Of a stretch of 64,000 nt of DNA, positions 30,710 to 41,130 are shown in pieces. The notes under the pieces were generated by a model. It saw only the letters and a program-made list of their open reading frames with translations, ran no database searches and was not told the DNA's origin. A program made the position numbers and the translations under genes. Origin of the DNA: Macrostomum lignano (Eukaryota); the NCBI GenBank assembly GCA_002269645.1, contig NIVC01000027.1, positions 558,001 through 622,000 on the forward strand, read 5' to 3'. How positions within the stretch are numbered: the first letter of the stretch is position 1; every line of letters starts with the position of its first letter.

Positions 30710-31092
30710 CTGAGGCTGACCCAGAGGCGCATAAGCATTATAAACGTAGGCGAACCAGCGAAACTCTTCGGGATCCAGCGGGACTTGATAGCTGGGAGAC
30801 TGCGACATCTGCTGGAACTTTTCCATCAGCTCTGACATCATTGGCTGCATCGGAGGCGGCAGGGCTCGAGGCAGCCGCTCGTTGGGCGCGCTGGACTTCT
30901 GGGTGAGGCTGAACCAAACCAGCAGGGTGGTGTCAAATGCCGGCGCCCCGCCTGGAAACAGCGCGTCAAGGATGCGCAGGATGGGAGCAAAATCTACGAG
31001 GGGATTTTTGTTTTGAGCGCCCAAGAAGTTGAACAGCATCCAAGCGATGTGCGGCGCCGAACGGCTGAGCGAATCTCGTCGATCTTGCAGGC
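30710..31092 (-). CDS. MED23: MED23 exon 8
   Basis: aaaccag|GC ... CAG|GTTTGT, phase 1 to 0. HIAWMLFNFLGAQNKNPLVDFAPILRILDALFP aligns with HLMWVLLQFISGSIQKNALADFLPVMKLFDLLYP. Confidence 0.9.
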
Positions 31093-31246
31093 CTGGTTTT
31101 GGTTGAAGGGAGATGAATATTAGCGAAATGTTTGCATTGCTACTCAGTCAGTAGAATAGTTCGGGTATGTTGCAATATCTATCTGAGCCAGGTGAGTGTC
31201 TCAGTTGACGATATGCGAGATTAGGGAAAATAGCTGGCATACTTTG

Positions 31247-31555
31247 GGATCTGGGAGGCTGGCCCAGCAACTGAGGATCTGGGAGGCTGGCCCAGCAACT
31301 GAGGATCTGGGAGGCTGGCCCAGCAACTGAGGATCTGGGAGGCTGGCCCAGCAACTGAGGATCTGGGAGGCTGGCCCAGCAACTGAGGATCTGGGAGGCT
31401 TGCCTAGCAACTGAGGATCTGGGAGGCTGGCCCAGCAACTGACACTCTGGGAGGCTGGCCCAGCAACTGACACTCTGGGAGGCTGGCCCAGCAACTGACA
31501 CTCTGGGAGGCTGGCCCAGCAACTGACACTCTGGGAGGCTGGCCCAGAGCAACTG
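31247..31555. repeat. 28-bp minisatellite (CTGGGAGGCTGGCCCAGCAACTGAGGAT) in MED23 intron 7
   Basis: Visible tandem units abutting the exon 7 donor. Confidence 0.93.
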
Positions 31556-31565
31556 AGCTCAATAC

Positions 31566-32030
31566 CTTCCAAAACTCCAAGACACATCTCGGGAAAGCGC
31601 ACGAGATGCAGCCGACAAAGATGGATGCTGTACAGTCCCAGATGACGCCACATCATGTCTGCCCAAGCCATCTCGCTATCGGATTCGCAGGCCTCGGTCT
31701 CGTCGGCAGTCCACAGAATGGTGTCAATCAAGCATCGCTCCAGAAACAGACACCTGGAGATCTTGCTAGCCCTTGGTGCCGTGTGCAGAGACAGCAGACT
31801 CAACAACAGGTCCATGCTGCCCTGCTGCGTGAGCACAGCCCTGATGAGGCTGGTATGCGGCCTCTGCAAGCACCTGGCATAGGGCAGGGGGCCCTTCAAA
31901 TCCAGGGCGCCAGTCGAGGCCAGCAGATTCACGGGCACATTGGTGACGCTGCTGGGCTGCGGATGCTGCAGAATGGCCGGCGGCATGCAGTAGTTGCCAA
32001 CCCCGGCTATGGGAACGATTTGACGGATCA
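31566..32030 (-). CDS. MED23: MED23 exon 7
   Basis: ccccgcag|TG ... G|GTATTG, phase 1 to 1. LKGPLPY..CLQRPHTSLIRAVLTQ aligns with LKGLLPYDKDLFEPQTALLRYVLEQ. Confidence 0.9.
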
Positions 32031-32101
32031 CTGCGGGGGCGGAGCAGGCGGGTGAGTCATCTGCTGCTCTGATCCAGCAGGAATGATTAGCAGCACCTTA
32101 C

Positions 32102-32171
32102 CTCTGTGCGAGAACATGTTGGCAACGTTTTTGAAGCTATTGCGAAATGTTTCCAGTTTGGTCTTTAAAAT
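32102..32171 (-). CDS. MED23: MED23 exon 6
   Basis: ctccctcag|ATT ... G|GTAAGG, phase 0 to 1. ILKTKLETFRNSFKNVANMFSHR fills the gap corresponding to LVSDFVDTFRPTARINSI. Confidence 0.82.
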
Positions 32172-33760
32172 CTGAGGGAGGAAAGTTATTGAGGATCTGC
32201 TGCTGGACTGATTGTGAATTTATCGATCTGTCTGTATAAAATATAGACACCCGTACGACTCTACTACGACTAGGACTACTACTACAACTTTTCTACTATT
32301 AGTCTACTACTGAAATACAGTGCCCAGTTGCCTGTAAACAGGGTCTGAGCAGACAGCAGTCTGTGAACAGGGTCTGAGCAGACAGCAGTCTGTGAACAGG
32401 GTCTGAGCAGACAGCAGCCTGTGAACAGGGTCTGAGCAGACAGCAGTCTGTGAACAGACGCCGCCAACTGCGACTCGTGACTTGTCTGGCTACATTAATA
32501 ACGTCTACCAGTACGACTCTACTAAGACTACGATTACTACTGAGGCAGAATCCTTATAAACTATTTATATTACTTATAACAGTAGTTAAACCCGAATTTT
32601 AATTACAGCCAATCAGAAATTTTCTTCCCATTCGTTTAAATTCCCTAAACAATTCAATTTCTTTTGTTATAATTTTAGTAATTGTTAAAATGCGTCCCAC
32701 CTTCCCCAAATTTTGTGTATAAAAGGAATCAGGTTAACGCTAAAAAATATAACCTCGGCTCTCGTTCTCAATATTTGCTTTTAACTATTCTTGCGAGAAG
32801 CTTTTAGTGAAACAAATCTAAATTTGGCTAAGACTTATCTCGCCATTTCTTTAATAGGGAAACTTGAGGTCGTGGAGACCCAAAACTAGGGATCGGAATA
32901 GGGAAACTTGAGGTCGTGGAGACCCAAAAATTAGGAATCTGACTAGAGGTCGTAAAGACCCTGAGTTGGGAGAGGTTTAAGGTCGTGCAGACCCTAAGAA
33001 AGCCGTGTAGGCTAAGCCATAGGCATTAGGCGTTAGGAGATTAGGCATTAGGGGAATAAATTAGCTACCGCTGGACACCCTTGATCCTCGGAAAACGCCA
33101 GACTTTTGGACTGAATTAGGAAATTAGACAGTGTCTTACCGCTCGGGCACTACACGCTATCACAAGGTTTCTAGGAAATCGTGAGTTCGAAATTTTCTGG
33201 GAAAAACTCTTAGTTTATGACAGCCAATACTACTGAAAGTAGGCAGCTTAGCGATAATTCGTAGACAGAGTCATTAGGCCTACGACAACTTGGTGGCATT
33301 AGTAGGATTTAAGTAAGGAGCCAGAAGAACTACGACAACTTGGTGGCTTTACGGTGGGATTGCAGCTAGGAACTATTAGGTCTACAACACTACGTTTGTG
33401 ACCAGATGCCGTTAACTGCTACTTGTGGTCGGTCTGGCCTACTCAAACCAATTTAATCTCGTATGTGCATTAAATTATTTACACTTCGTTAACCAGTCAG
33501 AGTTCTCAGTGCTCTATAACAATTAATTATTTTTCTAAATAACTTATTTGTAGTATTTTTCAAGCTGGTTAGTCACATTTCTAAGCTGTAATGCCTTAAC
33601 CAATCAGAGTGCTTTAATTCCCTTTTTGTATTAGCTATATGTGTACCGTGCATTTTTACACAACGTTGCTCAGTGCACCCAGCCAAAGCTGGTACATAAA
33701 TAATAATGATATGAGGAAATAACTTCACAACTAAAATAATTGCTACTTTATATACCCTCA

Positions 33761-33808
33761 AAATAAACCCTGACGAAGGCCATGATTTGGCCGAAATATC
33801 GGTTATTT
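33761..33808 (+). ncRNA. Minimal type-I hammerhead ribozyme motif 1
   Basis: Stem I AAATA(A)ACC/GGTTATTT; core CTGACGA; stem II GGCCA/TGGCC; GAAA; palindromic stem III ATAT; predicted cleavage after AUC (33800). Confidence 0.8.
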
Positions 33809-34182
33809 CGAAGTTTGACACCTGACAACTTCAATCTTCCGTGTGCGTGGTTGCGGCTTCAGAGTGTCTTATACTCGTAGATATCTCTTCTATTTATCTA
33901 TTTATCGATCTTTCGATCTATATATCCATCTATCTTTTTATCTATCTATGGATCAAATATACTTCATTAACTACTAAACGGCAGTGCCCAGTTGTCTGTG
34001 TCCAGGGACTGAGCAGACGGTGATCTGTGTCCAGACGCCGCCAACTGATACTTGTGGCTTGCCAGGATAAACAATTAAATTACTGCATATGCATCAGTAT
34101 GTAATTATTTACCCTTCTTTAACCAGTTTAAGTGAGGTCTTAGTGCTCTGTAACAATTTAATTTACTTTAAAAACATTAGAC

Positions 34183-34370
34183 ACCAGTGAATGCGGCGGA
34201 AAGATCCTCCCAACGCTGCGCATTGAGGGACAGGAATTAACCTACGACCCGACACCCACGTTCCTTGGCCTTCGCCTAGACGACCAACTGACTTTCGCCA
34301 ACCATATAGAGGCAGTGCGCAAAAGATGGCCACCAGGCGGCGTTGTCTGCAAAGTCTCGTTGGCAAATCC
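34183..34370 (+). mobile_element. Fragment of a non-LTR retrotransposon RT (late RT/thumb), Ingi/I-like
   Basis: LRIEGQELTYDPTPTFLGLRLDDQLTFANHIEAVRK then, after a frameshift, MATRRRCLQSLVGKS. Confidence 0.7.
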
Positions 34371-34582
34371 CAGGAAAATACTTCATCTTATTAAAGAGGA
34401 ACCAATTTTTTGGAAGAATCCGGTGATGAAGAAGTCTTGCCTACAGAGTTTTTGGTGGTGGCTGACTCAGCCCCTAATGCTGCTGCTTCTGGGCTTCCAG
34501 GCGGCCCTGCTTCTGCTGATTCTGGGCTTTCCGGCACTCCCGCTGCTGCTGCTGCCGAGGGCGCCCCTGCTGGTGTTGCTAT

Positions 34583-37420
34583 CACTGTAAACTCCAGGGG
34601 TCCACGTGGAGTTCGTGGCCAAAAATGGCTGATTTGGAGTCCGCCCTCAATAAGCTAGAGCGCAATCCTCGGCTTGGAACGGACCTTATGTTAAAGGCGA
34701 ATTTCGTCAACAAGTTTTTAACTTACATCATCAATGACGTCTTTAACAATTATAAAAGCCGGCAAGATCCGTACCTTTATGGAAAAGAGCTAAATGACAC
34801 AAACATCTCCATCGTTTCTATGTACCCAGGAATGCGAGACGGGTCGAGCGATGGGACTGTTTTTTGGTGGCAGAAAATTCCCCGAATATTCAAAGAAATA
34901 CGGTGAAAATTCCAGGAGTTCTGCAGCCTGATAGTCAAAACAATGCGCCAAAAATTTGGACGCAAAAAGCGTGCTGCTAATTCCAGCAACTCCGGCATTT
35001 CCGCGTCGTGCATGGCGGAAAATGATGAGGATAGTGACGAAGAAAACGTAGTCCCATCTGCAAATAAGCGCCGAAGAATTGCTACCATCGTAGATGCGCC
35101 CGATGATGACGAAAACGTAGTACAAGCAAAGCGCCAGCAAGTCAACTGTGAGGATGCTGAGAGTACGACTACATCGACAAGCAAGCTTGTCAAAAGCGTC
35201 ATTTTTGGAGATGTGGAATGCGTTCCTGAAAGTCACGAAGTTGACCGAATTAGGTTGAACAAAAATTTCCACACAATGGAAATCGAAGAGGTATTAAGCA
35301 ATATGAAAAGTCTATTTAGTGTGCGAGTCGTGCGTTGCCAAGAGAGAACTGTTGAAGAGGAGGCTGAATTGTATAAGCCATTATCACTGCCACGTGTTCA
35401 GTTGCAAGAGGCATTTCTTATGATTCAGTTGTATAACTCTAGACGCAAGGCTGACTATGTGTTTCCTCGAACACCTGAGGATATTGAACAAAATGTATGC
35501 GGTGCACTCCGGCATGTGTGGCAAGAACGAGATGCAATGAAGCGGTACTTGTATTGCTAGCCGTTTCTGAACGCTGAATGTGATAACGACGACACCATTC
35601 TAATAAACGGCCTTTGCTTGCACCTTGATCGATTAAGGATTGACCCTGCGAAACTTTTTTGATACTGAGCTGCTAATTCAAATTCTGAAGGAAGGCGAAA
35701 GTTAGCGCGGCATTTCGGTAAACGGTGCAAAATTTGGGTACGATTGTACCAAGGATACGGTGGTCGCAATTGCAATCTGTTCCGTATCGTTTACCTGCAG
35801 CATGTGCCCTATCTGGAAGCCTTCCTCGAGACATATCAGAAGTATTGTGAAAACTACCACGACGTGATGCTGTGTCCCGCGAACCTGCCCAGTCGCTGAT
35901 TGCTACACTTTGTTAAAAAAACTTTTAACTTAGCATTCGACATTTTACTCGTATAATGAAAGTCTATGTTCCCCCTTAAGCACCTACTAAGCTTAAGGTT
36001 TATTAATGTCTCCACTAATAAAAAACCTTTTAAACTTACCTTAATACGTTTAACCCAATTACCGGCTACCTTAATAAACAAATGACAATTTTTGTTAATA
36101 CAGAATTAATACTGCATAGCTATTTTTATACTGTTTATTCTTATATCAAGCTGAAGCTTGTAAATGGTATGTCTGCAACACTGGATCATGTATGACATTA
36201 TGTAATATAAACAATATTTTTTATAAATTATTGTTTTTTGTAATGTTAGCTTCTAATTTCCGTGTAGTTCCATGTAATTTTTGCATACTTTTTGACGTTG
36301 ACGTAATAATTGAAATAGTTTCATGCGTGTGTATGTATGTTTTATTAGTATTTCACATTGCGAAAAAATATTGGAAACACCAAGTAATGAACGTGCATGT
36401 CAATATACACTGCATGTGATAATTATAATACGATAGGGAGCATTCATATGACAGACAGACATTAGTGTTGTAATTAATGGTTACAAATTCAAGACTTGCA
36501 TATCGTTTAATTTTCTTCGTGTCAGTGATTCTTTCATATTATAATACAAATATGATTGTTGTTCTCGATTGTGTGCGTTAACTTTTTATTAAAAAGGATT
36601 TGCATCAGTTGATCTAACTTCTAAGCGTGCGAAAGCCAATAAATCTGCATTTAGCTGGTCAACCTTGCAAACGAAATTACGCTCGTACATGCGGACCCTT
36701 TTTACATTCGGACCTTAGGGTCCGTATATAGCGACGCCGCGGACCCTAACATACGGACCCCTACTGGACCTTTTTTCGGACCTTTAGGGTCCGTATATAG
36801 CGACGCTGCGGACCCTAACATACGGACCCCTACTGGACCTTTTTTCGGACCTATACATTCGGACCTTTAGGGTCCGTATATAGCGACGCTGCGGACCCTA
36901 ACATACGGACCCCTGCCGGACCTTTTTTCGGACATTTAGGGTCCGTATATAGCGACGCTGCGGACCCTAACATACGGACCCCTGTCGGACCTTTTTTCGG
37001 ACATTTAGGGTCCGTATATAGCGACGCCGCGGACCCTAACATACGGACCCCTACTGGACCTTTTTTCGGATCCATACATTCGGACATTTAGGGTCCGTAT
37101 ATAGCGACGCCGCGGACCCTAACATACCGACCCCTACTTGACCTTTTTTCGGACCTATACATTCGGACCTTTAGGGTCCGTATATAGCGACGCCGCGGAC
37201 CCTAACATACCGACCCCTACTTGACCTTTTTTCGGACCTATATACATTCGGACCTTTAGGGTCCGTATTTAGCGACGCCGCGGACCCTAACATACGGACC
37301 CCTACTGGACCTTTTTCGGATCCATACATTCGGACCTTTAGGGTCCGTATATAGCGACGCCGCGGACCCTAACATACGGACCCCTACTGGACCTTTTTTG
37401 GATCCCTGGAGTTTACAGTG
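34583..37420 (+). mobile_element. CACTG-ended (EnSpm/CACTA-like) non-autonomous DNA transposon with a decayed internal ORF
   Basis: 21-bp TIRs CACTGTAAACTCCAGGGGTCC and GGATCCCTGGAGTTTACAGTG (1 mismatch). Internal frame 34625-35560 is broken by one TGA. Subterminal repeat array at the right end. TSD not clear (AT vs TA). Confidence 0.7.
36693..37400. repeat. Self-complementary subterminal tandem array, about 68-82 bp unit (GGGTCCGTAT...ATACGGACCC)
   Basis: Visible tandem units ending at the right TIR. Confidence 0.92.
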
Positions 37421-37624
37421 TACAATTGAGCCGGTGGAGCCAATTCCTGATTGAATCAAGGAGTCTGATCAGACTATCGTGGCGGCAAATATTCTACCCG
37501 GCGTGTCGTTTTTCCTACCGCCTGTCAGCGGTGCCGGGTATGCAGTGACTTAGAAGAACATATATATTTTATTTCCCACTAACAATATAAATTCGTTGCA
37601 TTTTGTCATTAATAATTATACTAA

Positions 37625-37665
37625 GAACCCTGACGAAGGCCAATCCACAGCCGAAGTATCGGTTC
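37625..37665 (+). ncRNA. Minimal type-I hammerhead motif 2 (GAAG variant)
   Basis: Stem I GAACC/GGTTC; CTGACGA; stem II GGC/GCC; GAAG; AUC site at 37660. Confidence 0.65.
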
Positions 37666-38188
37666 ACTAAATTGATTTATATTAGTTATGACCTCTGCGT
37701 CTCTCTTTGAGATTTCTTGGCTAACTTAGTTAGAGCTGCTACTGTGTGAGTGGTCTTTTTCAAACGTCTATTTATCTATCAATGAATCGAATATGCTTTA
37801 TCAACTACTGAACGGCACTGCCCAGTTGTCTGTGTCCAGGGACTGAGCAGACGGTGGTCTACTCGTATGTCCAGACGCCGCCAACTGATAGCCTGATAGC
37901 CTAAGTGAGGTCTCAGTGCTCTATAACAATTTAATTTACTTTTTTTAAAACGTATTCATTATACCTTTCAAGCTGTTTAGTCACACTTTAATAATCGTTA
38001 AATGTGACATTATATAGCTCCTAATGCCTATACTTTTTGTGTGAGGCATTAGCCGCAAAGCTCTAACCAATCAGTGTGCTTTAATACACTTTTTACACAA
38101 CACTGCTTAGTGCACCCGGACAAAGCTGGTGTATAAATAGCCTGGTTATGATGCAATAACTTCACTGTCAAAATTTTAATATTTTTCT

Positions 38189-38227
38189 CAACCTGATGAA
38201 GGCCACGATTTTGCCGAAATATTGGTC
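38189..38227 (+). ncRNA. Minimal type-I hammerhead motif 3 (degenerate stem I)
   Basis: CTGATGA; stem II GGC/GCC; GAAA; ATAT; AUU site at 38223. Confidence 0.6.
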
Positions 38228-38669
38228 ATTTTGAATAAAAGTTCGACTTCAGACGTGCTTAGTTTTTTTTTCAAGTGAGCGGATTGCAATTTCAAACTGC
38301 TTTATTCATATTTATCGATAGAATAGATATCGATAGCTGGTGAAACCCGCAAATCGCAGCATCAGCAGCAGTCAAACCGTAGGAGACCTGATACCCAGTA
38401 CCATCTTCGGAGGGATGGGCGCCGGTCAAGGTCGCAAGACAGAGGCTCTGAGAATGTCACCATCATTGTACTCGTACTCGTAAACGTCGAAGTGCGAAAG
38501 GTGCGATGACAGTAGACAAGGCCCGGCTGGTTCGGTTGGTCAAGAAACTCTTCCCGATCTGTTCATCACTATGAAAACTGTCAGACCATCCCAAAATAAC
38601 TGCAAAGCAAAACAGAACAACTCAAGACTTTTATTCGACCGGCCATGCCAACCAAGAGGACTGAGGAGA

Positions 38670-38969
38670 ACGTCCGATTGAACGCAGACACCTGAGATAT
38701 GAGCACCCAGGACGCAATGCAAAGTCATTGTGAAGAATGAATCTTTTGAACGACTTCCACAATTAAGGGAAGCGTTCAAGGGAGTCGACAGCGAAAGACG
38801 GGTTCAACTGTGACTCGACGGTGTTACGGTAAGTTACGAATTGTGTTTGAAAAAAATGGAACTTGGAAATCCTCGGCTGTTGGCTGCGTACACCAGATCG
38901 AACTCTATAAAAGACATTCTGTGCCCATCCAAACTCCCTGCACTGACTGCACGTGATCAAGCCGAGTAG
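38670..38969 (+). mobile_element. Decayed 3' end of a Penelope-like element ORF
   Basis: HLRYEHPG...MELGNPRLLAAYTRSNSIKDILCPSKL-stop resembles the PLE post-RT motif AYxRxxNLxDxLxPSKL. It contains internal stops/frameshifts and is followed by hammerhead 4. Confidence 0.5.
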
Positions 38970-39103
38970 GTTATCAGTTCATCTCTCATCGCTTCGCTCC
39001 CATCACTTCTAACAATTTATTGATTTTAATGTCCCCAGCAACTCTCTTTGAGTGCTCATATTTTATAAACCATTGCTTTACTGTTTCTAGCAAAATAAAT
39101 TTT

Positions 39104-39145
39104 CGGACCCTGACGAAAGCTACGATTTGGCCGAAAGTTTGGTCG
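39104..39145 (+). ncRNA. Minimal type-I hammerhead motif 4
   Basis: Stem I GACC/GGTC; CTGACGA; stem II GCTA/TGGC; GAAA; predicted site after 39140. Confidence 0.65.
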
Positions 39146-39269
39146 TCTACTTTATCAACAAATCAAATTGTACCTTCTCTCACTGTGTGTGCGGTTTTTT
39201 AATTGATTTCGTCTATCTATCTATCTATAAATCTATCTATCTATCTATAAATCAGCCCAGCAGCCTCAC

Positions 39270-39374
39270 CGGATGCAGATTGGTCTGCTCAGCCGGGGGC
39301 AGTTTAGTCACTTCGTGCAGAGCAAAATAGGCGGGCATCAAGCAAAGCGAGCGATCCATCAGGGTGGTGATGAG
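39270..39374 (-). CDS. MED23: MED23 exon 5
   Basis: cccgcag|CTC ... CCG|GTGAGG, phase 0 to 0. LMDRSLCLMPAYFALHEV aligns with ILERNACLLPAYFAVTEI. Confidence 0.9.
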
Positions 39375-39599
39375 CTGCGGGTTCAGTGGGTGTCACAGAC
39401 AGTTATAAAGCAATAATTTCGAGTTGTAGCTCGTAAGATAAATATTTGATTTAAAAGAAATCGACAGTAAGCAACTTTATTACACACTGGTAAACTTCTA
39501 AATCTTACTAAAGCTTCAATAAATTCCATAGAAATTCTCTACTTATTTCTTGTATTTATTAGCCTCAATTGTCGGATAAAAAAACAACTTGTACAAGTT

Positions 39600-39790
39600 G
39601 AAAGCGTCATTTGTAGGATTTCAAAGGCGCCATTTGTTGAATTTTAAAAGCGCCATTTGTGAGATGTAAAAGGCGCCATTTGTGAGAATTAAAAAACAAA
39701 ATTTGTAGGATTTAAAAAGCGTCATTTGTAGGCTTTAAAAAGTGCCATTTGTTGAATTTAAAAAGCGGCATTTGTGAAATTTAAAAAGCG
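39600..39790. repeat. Repeat of about 22 bp (AAAAGCGCCATTTGT core) in MED23 intron 4
   Basis: About 8 visible degenerate units. Confidence 0.85.
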
Positions 39791-39823
39791 TTGTTAAACA
39801 AACAAAACAATATTGCAACAAAC

Positions 39824-40022
39824 CTTGAACGCAGGAACAAAGACTTTGTCTTCACCTTCGCTGAAAGTCTTGTACAAGCCCAACACTTTGCCAAACAGAT
39901 CCCTGCAGCCTTTGTAGTCCATCTGTCTGACCAGACGATCCATCACTGTTACGGCCTCTTTGAAGAAGGCCGGATTTCGCATGATATCGTCGTGAGAGAC
40001 CAACAACTCGTCACAGATGTGC
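39824..40022 (-). CDS. MED23: MED23 exon 4
   Basis: ctactcag|G ... AAG|GTTTGT, phase 2 to 0. MDYKGCRDL aligns with VDYKGVRDL. Confidence 0.9.
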
Positions 40023-40224
40023 CTGAGTAGGGGGTGATTTTCGTTCGGGGCGACACTTTGAAACTGAGTCTTATAAACTGGGCAAAACGAACCGAATAAC
40101 TCAGCCTTAATGAATCCATGAACAGCTAACTCATTAATAATGTGAAAGTGTGAGAGAGCATCTTAATAATAGATGTTGTACACCATTTATTGTAACCAAG
40201 CAAACATTACTGAAAGGCACTAAC

Positions 40225-40400
40225 TTGGCAGACAGTAACCCGCTGTTAATAAGCGGATAAAATACTTCCAGACAGCTGACTAACACGCGATCAAGGAACT
40301 CCTCCATGACGTGGCTGATGTACAGTTTCACTGCTCGTTTGCGGTCCTCCTGAAAGTTGAGAATGTACTTTTTTGAAGACGAAATATCTTTTTTCAGGAC
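40225..40400 (-). CDS. MED23: MED23 exon 3 (acceptor position uncertain)
   Basis: Donor AA|GTTAGT, phase 2. LINSGLLSAK aligns with AVETGLLPPR. The only phase-0 acceptor I found nearby is gttgaag|GTC, which has a poor pyrimidine tract. Confidence 0.72.
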
Positions 40401-40409
40401 CTTCAACGG

Positions 40410-41130
40410 TTTGCTAAACTTTGTCCCTGAACCTTTAGTGGACTGCTCAGCCTTGTCCCTGAACCTTTAGTGGACTGCTAACCCTTGTTGCTGAACCTTT
40501 AGTGGACTGCTAACCCTTGTTGCTGAACCTTTAGTGGACTGCTAATTCTTGTCCCTGAACCTTCAGTAGCCTATTCAGTCTTGCCCCTGAACCTTCAGTA
40601 GCCTACTCAGTCTTGTCCCTGAACCTTCAGCAGCCTACTCAGTCTTGTCCCTGAACCTTCAGTAGCCTATTCAGTCTTGCCCCTGAACCTTCAGTAGCCT
40701 ACTCAGTCTTGTCCCTGAACCTTCAGCAGCCTACTCAGTCTTGTCCCTGAACCTTCAGTAGCCTACTCAGTCTTGCCCCTGAACCTTCAGTAGCCTATTC
40801 AGTCTTGCCCCTGAACCTTCAGTAGCCTACTCAGTCTTGTCCTTGAACCTTTAGTAGCCTACTCAGTCTTGTCCTTGAACCTTCAGTGGCCTATACAGTC
40901 TTGTTCCTGAACCTTCAGCGGTCTGTTAACTCTTGTCCCTGAGCTTCCAGTGGTTGCTAACTCTTGTCCCTGAACCTTCAGTGTCTGTTAACTCTTGTCC
41001 CTGAGCTTCCAGTGGTTGCTAACTCTTGTCCCTGAACCTTCAGTGTCTGTTAACTCTTGTCCCTGAGCTTCCAGTGGTTGCTAACTCTCGTCCCTGAACC
41101 TTGTCACTGAACCTCCCGTGAACTGCTAAC
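40410..41130. repeat. 32-bp minisatellite (CTTGTCCCTGAACCTTCAGTAGCCTACTCAGT) in MED23 intron 2
   Basis: Visible tandem units. The 32-bp period excludes an in-frame coding repeat. Confidence 0.93.

Noticed and set aside
40410-41130. In-frame 11-aa coding repeat extending MED23 exon 3
   Set aside because: The unit is 32 bp, not 33, and stops appear in every frame.
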